Notes: generated by a model not told the origin, from the sequence alone. DNA of 64,000 bases from an uncultured Methanosarcinales archaeon (GCA_964406185.1 CAYOQS010000003.1:48249-112248); one strand, 5' to 3'; shown: positions 46,507 through 56,485, counted from the stretch's first letter. Program-made: numbers and translations.

Positions 46507-47157
46507 ATGGCATCAAAAAACGTCAAGAAGCATTATGAGAACATCTCTGACGACTACTATTCAAAAAGTAACAAGTACTGCGAAAGGAGATACGAAGAGA
46601 TAGTTAGGAAAGCCTCAAAAGGCAAGAAGGCTGTACTCGAGATAGGATGTGGAAACGCCGCCATGGCAGCACAGATGAAAGCACGCTACGTAGGTGTCGA
46701 CCTTTCTGAGGGGATGCTAAAGAACAACAAAAACCTCAAGAAAGGGGATCAGCTACTCTGTGCAGACGCTTCAGACCTCCCGTTCGAAGAAGGCATGTTC
46801 GACCTCATATACTCGATCAACCTGCTTGAACACGTAAAAAAACCAGACAAAGTGATAAAAGAAGCCACCAGAGTACTCAAACCAAACGGAACACTACTAA
46901 TGATAACACCGAACGGAAATCTGGGCTGGATACTCGAGATTGCAGAGATACTCAAGCTTAAACTCCCGGAAGGACCGCACAGGTTCCTGAAACGGGACGA
47001 GCTCAAGAGAACAATAAGGAAAAACGGTCTCAAGATAAAGAAATTCAAGGAATTCGTAACATTACCATTCGGACCTTACAGAATCGCGAAGAAACTCGAG
47101 TTCATGAGCTCATTCAATTTAGGGCTTTTTCATCTAGTGATAGCTAAAAAAAAATAA
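46507..47157 (+). CDS. class I SAM-dependent methyltransferase (type 11)
   Basis: VLEIGCGNAAMAAQ motif I. DLPFEEGMFDLIYS post-I/II. Confidence 0.85.
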   Translation: MASKNVKKHYENISDDYYSKSNKYCERRYEEIVRKASKGKKAVLEIGCGNAAMAAQMKARYVGVDLSEGMLKNNKNLKKGDQLLCADASDLPFEEGMFDLIYSINLLEHVKKPDKVIKEATRVLKPNGTLLMITPNGNLGWILEIAEILKLKLPEGPHRFLKRDELKRTIRKNGLKIKKFKEFVTLPFGPYRIAKKLEFMSSFNLGLFHLVIAKKK

Positions 47158-47188
47158 ACAAACCATCCCTAACCAAAATATTTATAAT

Positions 47189-48391
47189 ATGGATAAAATA
47201 TGTTCTGATGCTATGAAACATATAATCTCAAAAATAAAAAAAAGCCTCAAGAAAGCTTCTAAAGACGAATTATTAACTCCGCGCAATCTAATAATACTTC
47301 TATTGATAACGCTGCTCAATTCTTTTATGATACATCTTTATCTCAATCCTCTTTTTGTCATATTATTCCTGTTTGGAATTGTTTTTCTTACAGGATTGTA
47401 TTTATTCATCAAAATACCTGATAAGCATAAGAAAACCATATTTATCTCTTTGACAATCTCATTTTTAGCATATTATCTCATCATCATGACAGTATTCGCT
47501 CCTGCATTCACAGAACGCATGGATAGGGATGAACTGCTAACAGCCACTTCAACCATGATTCTTTCTGGAAAGTCACCATATGAAGCTCGCTGGGTTGTTG
47601 GCGAATATGTTGCGATAAACCGCGTCAATGTCCTTCCTTTCTCATTGATTTATTCCATACCATTCTATCTTTTTGGAAATGTCGCTTTTCAGGATTTAAT
47701 AGCCTATCTATTTATTGTGTATATCATATACATCAGATATACAGGGAAAACAATTTTTAGGAATAGCTTTTCGTTATACCTTCTCGTACTTTTTTCAGTC
47801 TCCCCCATTACCTGCTTTGAATTCATGGGACTCAGCGATCTCCTTACAGGTATCGCCTTATTCCTTGGGGCAGTACATTTTGCGACAAAAAAGAAGATAA
47901 TCCCTAGCACCATCTTTCTTTCATTATCTATGCTCACAAGATTGGTTCTATGGCCCCCTGCAGGACTGTTAGCGGGTTACTATTACAGAAGAGTAAGGAC
48001 AAAAAAATTTTTGACGATAGGCATTACAATTACAATAATAATAACTGCATTTATGATACCATTCTACTTATGGGATGGTGAAGGCTTCCTAAACAACACC
48101 CTAGGATCCAACCAAGGCAAATTAAACATAGAAGGTTCACAACTATTCAGATTAATACCTATAAAAGATATAAGCTTAATTTTTCCAGGAATATTGCTTC
48201 TTTATTCAATTATTGCGGGTTATTTTTCAAGGAACTTTCATGATCTCTCTCTTCATTTCGGAATTTTGATGATAATCTTATTTTCAACAATGCTGATGAT
48301 TGCGTTAGATTATTCACATCTCACATGGATGGCAGTACCTCTTTATTTTTCATTCAAAAGCAGAAAAATAAAAAATAATAAAATAAAATGA
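47189..48391 (+). CDS. polytopic membrane protein (Wzy-like polymerase / GT-C candidate), low-GC gene
   Basis: 400 aa, 10 or more TM helices, markedly AT-rich relative to its neighbours. Confidence 0.55.
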   Translation: MDKICSDAMKHIISKIKKSLKKASKDELLTPRNLIILLLITLLNSFMIHLYLNPLFVILFLFGIVFLTGLYLFIKIPDKHKKTIFISLTISFLAYYLIIMTVFAPAFTERMDRDELLTATSTMILSGKSPYEARWVVGEYVAINRVNVLPFSLIYSIPFYLFGNVAFQDLIAYLFIVYIIYIRYTGKTIFRNSFSLYLLVLFSVSPITCFEFMGLSDLLTGIALFLGAVHFATKKKIIPSTIFLSLSMLTRLVLWPPAGLLAGYYYRRVRTKKFLTIGITITIIITAFMIPFYLWDGEGFLNNTLGSNQGKLNIEGSQLFRLIPIKDISLIFPGILLLYSIIAGYFSRNFHDLSLHFGILMIILFSTMLMIALDYSHLTWMAVPLYFSFKSRKIKNNKIK

Positions 48392-49530
48392 AAAAAATAA
48401 ATATATTCAGAACCATAGAATCTTTCTACCCGTACATGAGCGGGCCGGCGAACCAGGCATTCAGGATAAGCAAAGAGCTGGAGAAGAGAGGGATAAGATC
48501 GCCCATATTCACTTCTGATTACAAGGCTGGCGGAAGGCCCAAGCATGAGAAGATGAAAGGGGTCGAGGTGTTCAGGTTCCCGATCAGATGCAATTTCATG
48601 AAGTATTTCTACACGCCAAGCATGAAGGAGAAGTTGAAGGGGTTTGATGTTTATGCTTCTCACAGTTACAGAAGCTACCAGACAGAACTCGCGTACAAGA
48701 TAGCCAGGAAGAAAGGCAAGCCTTTTGTCCTGCACAACCATGGCTCACTGATAGGATACAAGTCATTCGTCAAAGGATGGAAAAGGATTCCCTATATGGT
48801 GTATGACCTGTTCCACAAGGACGTGGCGCTGAAAGCGGACGCAGTCATAGTCAACACAAAACAAGAATACGGCGAGGTCGTCAGATTCGGCGTGGACAGG
48901 AAAAAGATACACATAATACCCTTCGGCATCGATGTTGAAAAGTACAAACCGCTGAAAAAAGAGAAAGAGGTGCTGAACCTGCTGTGGGTAGGGAGAGTCA
49001 CAAAGGACAGAAACATAGAGGTAATACTCAAAGCGGTGAAGCTGCTATCTGACAAGAAGGTCAAGCTCAGGATAGTCGGAAACGAGTACAAGAGAACATC
49101 AGGCGACAAGGAATCAGAACTGAAAAGGCTCAAAGTAATAGCAAGGAAACTGGGAATTGCGGACAAGGTTGATTTCATCCCCTGGACAGAAAAGAGAGCG
49201 AACAAGGAATTCCGCAAAGCAGACATATTCATCTACACATCACTATGGGAGAACCTCGGGCAGACAATACTCGAAGCAGCGGCTGCAGGGCTGCCGTTGA
49301 TATGTACAAGGGTCGGTGTAGCTCTTGACCTTGTCGAGAAGGAAAAGACCGGCGCGATTGTAGGCTTCAACAACCCATCAGGAATCGCTAACGCGGTCAG
49401 GCAGTTCTCCAGCGGCAAAAAGAGAAAAAAGGCTGCTGGGCTGTTGAGAAACAAAGTCATGAAAGAATACAGCTGGAAAGAAATTATTGAAAAGCATATA
49501 AGACTATGCAAGTCATTATCAAATATTTGA
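48388..49530 (+). CDS. GT4 (group 1) glycosyltransferase
   Basis: EAAAAGLPLICTRVGVALDLVEKEKTGAIV is an EX7E-type motif. GT-B architecture. Confidence 0.85.
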   Translation: MKKINIFRTIESFYPYMSGPANQAFRISKELEKRGIRSPIFTSDYKAGGRPKHEKMKGVEVFRFPIRCNFMKYFYTPSMKEKLKGFDVYASHSYRSYQTELAYKIARKKGKPFVLHNHGSLIGYKSFVKGWKRIPYMVYDLFHKDVALKADAVIVNTKQEYGEVVRFGVDRKKIHIIPFGIDVEKYKPLKKEKEVLNLLWVGRVTKDRNIEVILKAVKLLSDKKVKLRIVGNEYKRTSGDKESELKRLKVIARKLGIADKVDFIPWTEKRANKEFRKADIFIYTSLWENLGQTILEAAAAGLPLICTRVGVALDLVEKEKTGAIVGFNNPSGIANAVRQFSSGKKRKKAAGLLRNKVMKEYSWKEIIEKHIRLCKSLSNI

Positions 49531-49636
49531 TAAAAATTACATAAACTCAACAGAGAACAAGGGTCGATGAAGTAAATTAAGATCAGATATAATTCTTATA
49601 CAGAGGTAATAAGAGCTTCAACATATAATGAAAGCC

Positions 49637-51526
49637 TCACTTCGCAACATTCTTGATAAGATTATCCAAGACATTTAAATCAACACCAGAATAATACTTT
49701 TTATGATACTTCTTGCCAAGAGATTGCTTTGAGGCCTTCGACCCCTTATCTGCCAGCAGTCTATGTATCAACTTCTTATCAAACGCATCATAAGAATCCA
49801 GCCGCACAAAAAGGTCCATCTTCTCATCAAAAGGTATCTTACAGACGGAGTCCTCATTCAGCCTGTCAGGAGGATCCCATATTATGAGAGGGACACCGAA
49901 TATTATAGAATCAAGAGCTGTCCTGCAGGTGCTGTGGGATATCACAAGATCCGCCGCGCGCAGAAGCTTATAGAAAGGTATATCCCTTATAAAAATGATG
50001 CTCTTAGAAGAGAACCTTGACCGGAGATTATCCAGGCTGATGCTAACATCAGAAGGGTGGAGCTTTATTATGACCGTTATATCCTTCTCTTCCCTAAAAA
50101 GCTCATCAAGCCGGTTTATCTTAGGAAAATCCTTCTCGACAGGCACCTTGCAAGGGAACAGCACAATTCTCTTCTTCGAGGAGATTCCCAGCGATCTCAA
50201 AACATCTTCCCTCTTTATGCTGCCGAATCTTGAGAGTAGCCTGTTATAGGAGTCTGTCCCGAATATCTTTAACTTTTCAGGTCTGACACCAGAATCTATC
50301 TTCCTCTGCCTCTCAAGCTCACTGTAGACGAGCATGTAATCTGAATTTATCTGCGATGCTCCATAAATATCCGCAAGAGGACCATGTGCAAGCGTTATCG
50401 AGAGTATTCCCTTTTTCTTAAGGGCGTAAGCAGCAGTGAAGCCCCAAAATATCATATCATTCGTCATCAGCCCTGCTGAAGGCTTTAGCACACTGACCAG
50501 CCGTTCCATCGCGAACACAAGTCTTAAGTCGGTATAGAGCTCCTTGATGAACGCCATCTCCAGAGCAGGCAATATTGTATCCAGAAGATCATATCCTCTG
50601 AACATAAACTTATTATTGCAACTTTTGTTGAAAAGAGTATTCCATCTCTTCCTATATACCTGAGCAAGCCTGTTCGCATCAGAAGATATCTTACGGGTGA
50701 GGAAATTTTCTGAATATGCATATTCCATACCTTCTTTCGACACGTGCTCAAGCACTTTGTTCCTGCGGGGCCCATCACCGCATATATAGATTGGATGGTA
50801 TCCTTCCTCCTTCATCGACATGAAAGGCTTATCTGAAACCGCCATGTTCGAAACACCATAAGTGAAGAAAAGAATATTTTTTCTGTCTTGGTTCTCCACA
50901 CCATAATCAGATTCCTTGTCGAAATCTGAGAAGCGCCTCCTCTGCTCCTGACGGAAAATAGTGACCCAATAGATCATCCAAAGCAGGAAATTCTGAACAG
51001 ACTTCCTGATAACACCGGAAACACCTCTCTTGACTGTAAGCCGGATATTCCTCTTTCTACATATCTCCTCTAGAAGACCTGTAGAGAAATCAATGTCCTT
51101 CTCTACATAATACATATCCGCCGGATCGTAGAAGAAAACCTCATCAGGATTCTCCTCAGCAAGAATCTCATCGAATATTATAAGCTGCTTGACCACCTTG
51201 ATTAGCATTATGTACAATTTGAATCTGTTCGCTTCCCAAAAAGGAAATCCTTTGATTGTAAAATGCTCACTAACAGATCTTCCTTTAACCTTCTGGCAGC
51301 CCCAGGAATCAATCAGCTCCCAAGCATACTTACGGACAAGGCTAATGTCTATTCCATCGTAGTCCTCGATACGCCTGAAAGATATGCCTTTCGACTCAAG
51401 CATAGAATCAATAGCTGCTGAAAGCGATACATATATGCACTCGCCAGCCCTTTCTGTATCTATATCCAACTGCCTGTCCAGCTTCTCCTTAGATGACAAA
51501 AAGAACAGCGTCTTCATCATGACCAC
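49637..51526 (-). CDS. TagF/KpsC-like GT-B polyol-phosphate/Kdo transferase-like protein, hypothetical
   Basis: C-terminal KLHP...LLRAADLVISHSTCRTALDSIIFGVPLII parallels the CDP-glycerol glycerophosphotransferase KMHP...ITDYSS block. Own TATA (atttaaat 51553-51560) ~30 nt upstream. Confidence 0.5.
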   Translation of the reverse strand: MVMMKTLFFLSSKEKLDRQLDIDTERAGECIYVSLSAAIDSMLESKGISFRRIEDYDGIDISLVRKYAWELIDSWGCQKVKGRSVSEHFTIKGFPFWEANRFKLYIMLIKVVKQLIIFDEILAEENPDEVFFYDPADMYYVEKDIDFSTGLLEEICRKRNIRLTVKRGVSGVIRKSVQNFLLWMIYWVTIFRQEQRRRFSDFDKESDYGVENQDRKNILFFTYGVSNMAVSDKPFMSMKEEGYHPIYICGDGPRRNKVLEHVSKEGMEYAYSENFLTRKISSDANRLAQVYRKRWNTLFNKSCNNKFMFRGYDLLDTILPALEMAFIKELYTDLRLVFAMERLVSVLKPSAGLMTNDMIFWGFTAAYALKKKGILSITLAHGPLADIYGASQINSDYMLVYSELERQRKIDSGVRPEKLKIFGTDSYNRLLSRFGSIKREDVLRSLGISSKKRIVLFPCKVPVEKDFPKINRLDELFREEKDITVIIKLHPSDVSISLDNLRSRFSSKSIIFIRDIPFYKLLRAADLVISHSTCRTALDSIIFGVPLIIWDPPDRLNEDSVCKIPFDEKMDLFVRLDSYDAFDKKLIHRLLADKGSKASKQSLGKKYHKKYYSGVDLNVLDNLIKNVAK

Positions 51527-51607
51527 CCGACAGCACTTATCAGTTAATCATATTTAAATATAGCGGAACGGGAAGAAAACCATGGTTATTCCAATAAAAA
51601 CAGAATA

Positions 51608-52129
51608 TCAGCTCAGACAAAAATCATCATCAAAATCTTTGTCTAAAAGAGAAGACCTTATCTTAATTACTGCTTTTTTTATATCTGATCCCTGAGCGCC
51701 TGCCCCTCCGTCTACTAGGTGCAGACCAGGACGGTGCATGTCGGATGTCAAGAAAACTGCAAACATACCTTCCTTGAAAGGTACAAAAATCTCATCATTT
51801 ACGTGAGAGTAAAGCGCCCTATCTTTTTCAGCCACGTAATCATCTAGAACCACGTTACTGTCGTTCTTAGAGCCTAATCCTACAATCTCCTCACCAGATA
51901 TCATGAACTGAAGATCAACATAAGTCTTATGCACCTCTGCGGGCTTCTCGTTGATGCTCTTTGTCCTGTACTCGCTGATCATGAGGAAGATGTCTTCGCC
52001 AGATATATCGTACCGACCTGCAGCCATGGAAGAGAAATCTGTCCTAAAGATGAAAATAAAAGCTTTCTTCAGCACCGCAGGAAGAATATCAAACTCCTGC
52101 CCCTTCGTCTTCAGAAAACCGTATATCAT
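51608..52129 (-). CDS. YhcH/YjgK/YiaL (DUF386, EbgC-like) family protein
   Basis: Start MIYGF... (ATG 52129), compared with family N-terminus MIxG. HKTYVDLQFMISGEE resembles the family's conserved core. Confidence 0.6.
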   Translation of the reverse strand: MIYGFLKTKGQEFDILPAVLKKAFIFIFRTDFSSMAAGRYDISGEDIFLMISEYRTKSINEKPAEVHKTYVDLQFMISGEEIVGLGSKNDSNVVLDDYVAEKDRALYSHVNDEIFVPFKEGMFAVFLTSDMHRPGLHLVDGGAGAQGSDIKKAVIKIRSSLLDKDFDDDFCLS

Positions 52130-52157
52130 CTCATACCTCAAATACCTGTCAAGATAA

Positions 52158-52724
52158 TCATGGGAAAGGATGTACACCTTTAGCATACATTATAAGTTCG
52201 CACACTTCCCTGACAGCACCTGAACCGCCGGGTCTCCCCGTGATGTAATCAGCCGCTGCTGAAACCTGTTGGTATGCATCAGCAACAGCTATGCCAAGAC
52301 CTGCCATTTTGATGCAGCCAATATCATTCAAGTCGTTTCCCACGAAACACACCTGATCCTCTGATACTACCTTATCCTCAAGAAGCATCCTGAATTCGCT
52401 CTCCTTGTCATCCGCATCCTGCCTACACTCTATACCGAGCTTCTTAGCCCTTGCTGAAGTCACAGGATTCGTCTCTTTCGAAAGTATGAAAACACCTACA
52501 TCAGAATGCTTCCTCAAATACTCCAGACCCAGACCATCTCCCCTATCAGCCATAACGGTCTCTTTCCCTGACTGGTCCACATAAACCTTGTTGTCTGTCA
52601 GAGTGCCATCAAAGTCCAATACAAGAAACCTGATTCTCGCGAACTTTTCTTTCAGCCCATTAGAGAGACTATCATAAACATCTTTCATATTATCACCCAA
52701 AAATGAATGTAAAATCAAATCCAT
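52158..52724 (-). CDS. kdsC: KdsC-type HAD-IIIA phosphatase (Kdo-8-P / nonulosonate-9-P phosphatase)
   Basis: FLVLDFDGTLTD...GKETVMADRGDGLG matches the YrbI family. Confidence 0.8.
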   Translation of the reverse strand: MDLILHSFLGDNMKDVYDSLSNGLKEKFARIRFLVLDFDGTLTDNKVYVDQSGKETVMADRGDGLGLEYLRKHSDVGVFILSKETNPVTSARAKKLGIECRQDADDKESEFRMLLEDKVVSEDQVCFVGNDLNDIGCIKMAGLGIAVADAYQQVSAAADYITGRPGGSGAVREVCELIMYAKGVHPFP

Positions 52725-52750
52725 CTCAAATCAAAAGAATAAAAAAAAAA

Positions 52751-53584
52751 TCAAGCACTCACAGTCAGTTCTGGCGCTATCTTATCCCTGGCTGAAGTCT
52801 TTCCAGTCGCTGACAGGACTGCTGCCAGCTCATCGTGAAGCCGTAAGATGTTCTCGATCGCATCCATCCGTATCATACACATACCATCAGATACAGCATC
52901 TTCAGGCTTAGGATGTACTTCGGCAAAAACCCCTGTATAACCGAATACTGAAGAAGCTAGCAGATAACGTCCAGCCAGCTCCCTATTGCCTTTTGTAAAC
53001 CCTTCCTTGTTTATGTACTGGGTAGAGTGCGTACAGTCAAGAATCACCCTGTCGAAATGCTTCTTAAAAAGGTCTACCGAGCTGAAATCAACGATGAACC
53101 TATCGTAACCGAATGCTGTACCTCTCTCAGTAAGCCATACCTCAGCATCAGGGTTCTGACTCTTCACCTTGCTTATCGAATGCACTATGTTGTCAGGGCT
53201 CATCCACTGGCCTTTCTTTATGTTAATCTTGTCGAAATACTTCCCGCACTCGACAAGAAGATCGGTCTGCCTGCAGAGGAACGCCGGAATCTGGATACAA
53301 TCTACAAGTCCTGCCAGTTTCTTCACCTGATAGACCTCGTGCACATCAGTAATCAACCTTATGCCCGGAATCTCTTTCTTTACCCTGGCGAACATCTTCA
53401 GTGCCTTGTCCAGACCAGGACCCCTCTTGCCGTTCACAGAGCTCCTGTTCGCCTTGTCGAAAGAACCCTTGTAATACCAGTCTTTACCTTCCATTATCTT
53501 GCTAAGCCTCTTGGCAGTCTCGACATAGAATTCCTCCTCTTCCATAGAGCAAGGACCCACTAACCATATTTTTCCATCACTCAT
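52751..53584 (-). CDS. kdsA: 3-deoxy-8-phosphooctulonate synthase (KdsA) / DAHP-synthase-I family
   Basis: GPCSME...KGSFDKANRSS...VDCIQIPAFLCRQTDLL. Confidence 0.85.
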   Translation of the reverse strand: MSDGKIWLVGPCSMEEEEFYVETAKRLSKIMEGKDWYYKGSFDKANRSSVNGKRGPGLDKALKMFARVKKEIPGIRLITDVHEVYQVKKLAGLVDCIQIPAFLCRQTDLLVECGKYFDKINIKKGQWMSPDNIVHSISKVKSQNPDAEVWLTERGTAFGYDRFIVDFSSVDLFKKHFDRVILDCTHSTQYINKEGFTKGNRELAGRYLLASSVFGYTGVFAEVHPKPEDAVSDGMCMIRMDAIENILRLHDELAAVLSATGKTSARDKIAPELTVSA

Positions 53585-53596
53585 TTCAATAACCTC

Positions 53597-54553
53597 CTAT
53601 TTGGACAGTCCGATATTTGACAATACATCCCTTAGCTGGACCCGCTGGGTATCATCTGCCGGCCTTAAAGGCGCCCTTTCATCAGCACTCATCAGACCGA
53701 GCAAATCCATAGCCCCTTTCATCGCGATATGCCAGCCAATCGGCAGGGCCACATCAAAAAACGGCTCCTCATACACCTTCACTATCTTGAGGGAATTCCT
53801 GTAATCTCCCTCTGCAAAATACCTGTAAAAATCTTCTTCAATCTTAGGAGCGAAGCTTCCAACACCCACCAGATATGCCTGTACACCAAAACCTGCACAG
53901 GTCAAGAATTTCCACATTGAACCTCCCGCTACAACAAAAGTCATCCTGTCGGAAAGATTCGCTGCAAGCTTGTATCTCAGACCCTCATCTCCAAGTTCCT
54001 CCTTCATTCCAACAATGTTCTTAATCCCTGCGAGCCTCGTGCACAGATCAATAGAATATTTCTTTGTCGCTGAGCCTATTTTTGCATTCCTCAAGGGCAC
54101 AGCATGTATCATCACACCTATATCTACACTTTCCGCGACATTCTTAAAATACTCAAATATTGCGTCATCAGAATAGTATCTTTCAGGATAGTATAGCAGG
54201 ATACAGTCAGCACCAATCTCCTGGGCATGCTTCGCGAAATCTATCGCCCTGTCTGTAGAGCCGACAGGGGGGTTCGCAGCTATCACCAACGGACGGGATT
54301 CTCCTGAATCTGCAGCTTGGACAACAGTCCTATTCAGTTCCTTGACCTCCTCATCTGTCAGAAGATTGAAACGGCTAGTCCCTGCAGTGACCATCACCGT
54401 CCGGACTTTATAGCCTGTAAGGAATTTTACATAATCCCTGACCGCGTCAAAATCTATGGAACCATCTTTCCTAAAAGCAGGCGGTATAGGATAAACCGGT
54501 CCTACCATCCTCTTTCTCAAAACATCAAGCCTCTCAACAGCACTCGCTTTCAT
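53597..54553 (-). CDS. DapA/NanA-family class I aldolase (N-acetylneuraminate lyase-like)
   Basis: MVTAGTSRFNLLTDEE and the overall DHDPS/NAL TIM-barrel pattern. Confidence 0.7.
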   Translation of the reverse strand: MKASAVERLDVLRKRMVGPVYPIPPAFRKDGSIDFDAVRDYVKFLTGYKVRTVMVTAGTSRFNLLTDEEVKELNRTVVQAADSGESRPLVIAANPPVGSTDRAIDFAKHAQEIGADCILLYYPERYYSDDAIFEYFKNVAESVDIGVMIHAVPLRNAKIGSATKKYSIDLCTRLAGIKNIVGMKEELGDEGLRYKLAANLSDRMTFVVAGGSMWKFLTCAGFGVQAYLVGVGSFAPKIEEDFYRYFAEGDYRNSLKIVKVYEEPFFDVALPIGWHIAMKGAMDLLGLMSADERAPLRPADDTQRVQLRDVLSNIGLSK

Positions 54554-54563
54554 GATATTCTCC

Positions 54564-55295
54564 TCAATCTGTCTTAATCACACCTTCATCTATCAGGAAC
54601 TGAGCATATTTTAGATCAACCTTTTCGTCGATATCCACATACCGGGGCATGTGATATCCCTTCACCTTGCCCTTGAAGTAGTTCCTGTTCTTCACAAATG
54701 AATTCCACCAAGACATGTAAAAACCACCATTAGGTCTGTAAATGGGCTCTTGGTCTTGGGAACGCGTATCTCCTGTTATAAGCGGACAAGGATCAAAAAC
54801 CCCTTTCAAGAGGCCTGTCTCCTTGTCCTCCTTTATGCTCAACTGCGGCGGGAACTCAAAATCCATTATGCTTACTACAGAATCCACATCCTCTGTCAGA
54901 AGTTTGAATCCTTCTTTTATGTCTGAGGCATTCCTGAACGGACATGTGGGAAGTAGTAATGTAACAGTATCAAACTTATCTGGACCAATATCATCCACCA
55001 TATGGCATACCAAATCAAGCGCCTTTGCAGTATCTGCTGCAAATTTCGGATCCCTCCTTACCGCATCAATGCCATCGTACTTCTTTGCCAGATCCAGTAT
55101 TTCATCATCATCAGAAGAAAGGATTATCCTACTGAAACAACCGCTTTTTAGTGCTGCATCCATTGTCCAGCAAACTAAAGGCTTTCCTGCTAACCCTAAC
55201 ACATTCTTACGCGGCAATCGCTTTGACCCTCCGCGGGCAGGGATTATTGCCAGAGACTTTATCTTTATTTCGTCCATAAAACACCTTAAAAACAA
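54564..55295 (-). CDS. CMP-Kdo / CMP-N-acylneuraminate cytidylyltransferase (KdsB/NeuA family)
   Basis: LAIIPARGGSKRLPRKNVLGLAGKPLV. Confidence 0.85.
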   Translation of the reverse strand: MFLRCFMDEIKIKSLAIIPARGGSKRLPRKNVLGLAGKPLVCWTMDAALKSGCFSRIILSSDDDEILDLAKKYDGIDAVRRDPKFAADTAKALDLVCHMVDDIGPDKFDTVTLLLPTCPFRNASDIKEGFKLLTEDVDSVVSIMDFEFPPQLSIKEDKETGLLKGVFDPCPLITGDTRSQDQEPIYRPNGGFYMSWWNSFVKNRNYFKGKVKGYHMPRYVDIDEKVDLKYAQFLIDEGVIKTD

Positions 55296-55363
55296 TAATT
55301 TCTTAAGAAAACGAACCCAAAATATTTAAATCTTTCTAATTTTAAGGTAAAACAACAAAAACT

Positions 55364-55376
55364 CTTAAATTTTAAG
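55364..55376. promoter_or_regulatory. AT-rich near-palindromic 13-mer cttaaattttaag ~69 nt upstream of Kdo-operon start; candidate Lrp site
   Basis: It is the reverse complement of the 13-mer at 56486-56498. A palindromic TATA atttaaat lies at 55324-55331, ~30 nt from the start codon. Confidence 0.35.
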
Positions 55377-55474
55377 TTTTTTATTCGTATTTATCTTATT
55401 TATTTACGTATTTATTTGTCCTGATTCCTTAGCTATTTCAAAGACCCTAAAGAACGGCTTAATCAGGCCCACAA

Positions 55475-55919
55475 TCACTTCTTAGAACTGCTGATAACTC
55501 TTGCAGGATTTCCTGCGATTGTCACACCAGAAGGAAAAGATTTAGTGACCACCGATCCCGCACCTACAACAACATTGTCGCCAAGCTCAACACCAGGCAA
55601 AATAACTGCATTCATACCTATCCACACATTGTTGCCAATCTTGATGGGTCTCACCTTAATATGTTTCCGAAAATCTTTCTTATCATGATTGCTGCTGATA
55701 ATACCCACATTGCAAGCCCAGATAACATTCTTACCAAAATGAATACCATTCCTCCCCTGAATGAAACAACCAGGAGTCGTCAAGAAACATTTCGGTATCC
55801 CCCCCCCCGAACTTAATGTTCTCCGAAAAGGTGACCAAACTATTATGGTGTACCGGCCAAGGCACTTTCTTGTTGTGGCTCAGAAATCTTTGGTGTAATC
55901 TCTGAATGATCGATATAAT
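55475..55919 (-). pseudogene. hexapeptide-repeat sugar O-acetyltransferase (Mac/NeuD-like) interrupted by +1 frameshift at G10 homopolymer
   Basis: Hexapeptide body IKIGNNVWIGMNAVILPGVELGDNVVVGAGSVVTK in one frame. The N-terminal ~40 codons are in another frame (..SENIKFGGG). The two frames join if the G-run is 9 rather than 10. Confidence 0.6.
55799..55808. repeat. C10 homopolymer (G10 on coding strand) inside acetyltransferase gene
   Basis: tatcc-cccccccccc-gaac. Confidence 0.9.
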
Positions 55920-56423
55920 TCACACCCCCTTATAGTCGTTTGAATCAGACATCGCTATCAGCTTAACAACATCGTACGTCTCGAACTTATATACCCTAGA
56001 GGTCACTGTTTCTGACCAATCCTTTATAATCTCCCTGTATTTACCCCTGATTTCATTACCGATCCGAAGCATGTGCTTTGCGTTCTTCGAGACTATGACT
56101 ATTGACAAATCCCATTCGCCTGAAACTGAAAAGATCTCTGAAACAAAAGGATTTTCCTTCAGGAAATTGATAAAACCATCAAGATCCGAAGCAGAATAAT
56201 TGTGGAGTTTTATCTTCACTTCGACAATGTTATCAAATCCCATGTGCCTGAGCCTCAACTGTATCCGCGGGTAAAAAATCTTATTTCTAAGCATCTTCGA
56301 AATTCGCTTTTTAGTAGAATCAACAGAAAGTCCAACTTCAGCAGCAATGTTTGTAAGAGACATCCTGCAATCCTGCTGCAGCAGGTTCAAGATTATGCAA
56401 TCTTTCTTATCCATCCCAACCAT
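55920..56423 (-). CDS. Lrp/AsnC-family transcriptional regulator
   Basis: HTH DKKDCIILNLLQQDCRMSLTNIAAEVGLS plus a C-terminal RAM-like domain. Confidence 0.85.
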   Translation of the reverse strand: MVGMDKKDCIILNLLQQDCRMSLTNIAAEVGLSVDSTKKRISKMLRNKIFYPRIQLRLRHMGFDNIVEVKIKLHNYSASDLDGFINFLKENPFVSEIFSVSGEWDLSIVIVSKNAKHMLRIGNEIRGKYREIIKDWSETVTSRVYKFETYDVVKLIAMSDSNDYKGV

Positions 56424-56485
56424 TCTAGATATAACGTGAAAAGACTATTTAAATCTTTGTTTTTAGACATAATGGCCCGGAAAAT

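Noticed and set aside
52130-52186. Upstream TTG/ATG start giving a 29-nt overlap between YhcH and kdsC
   Set aside because: Family N-terminus MIxG matches the internal MIYGF start at 52129, which removes the overlap.
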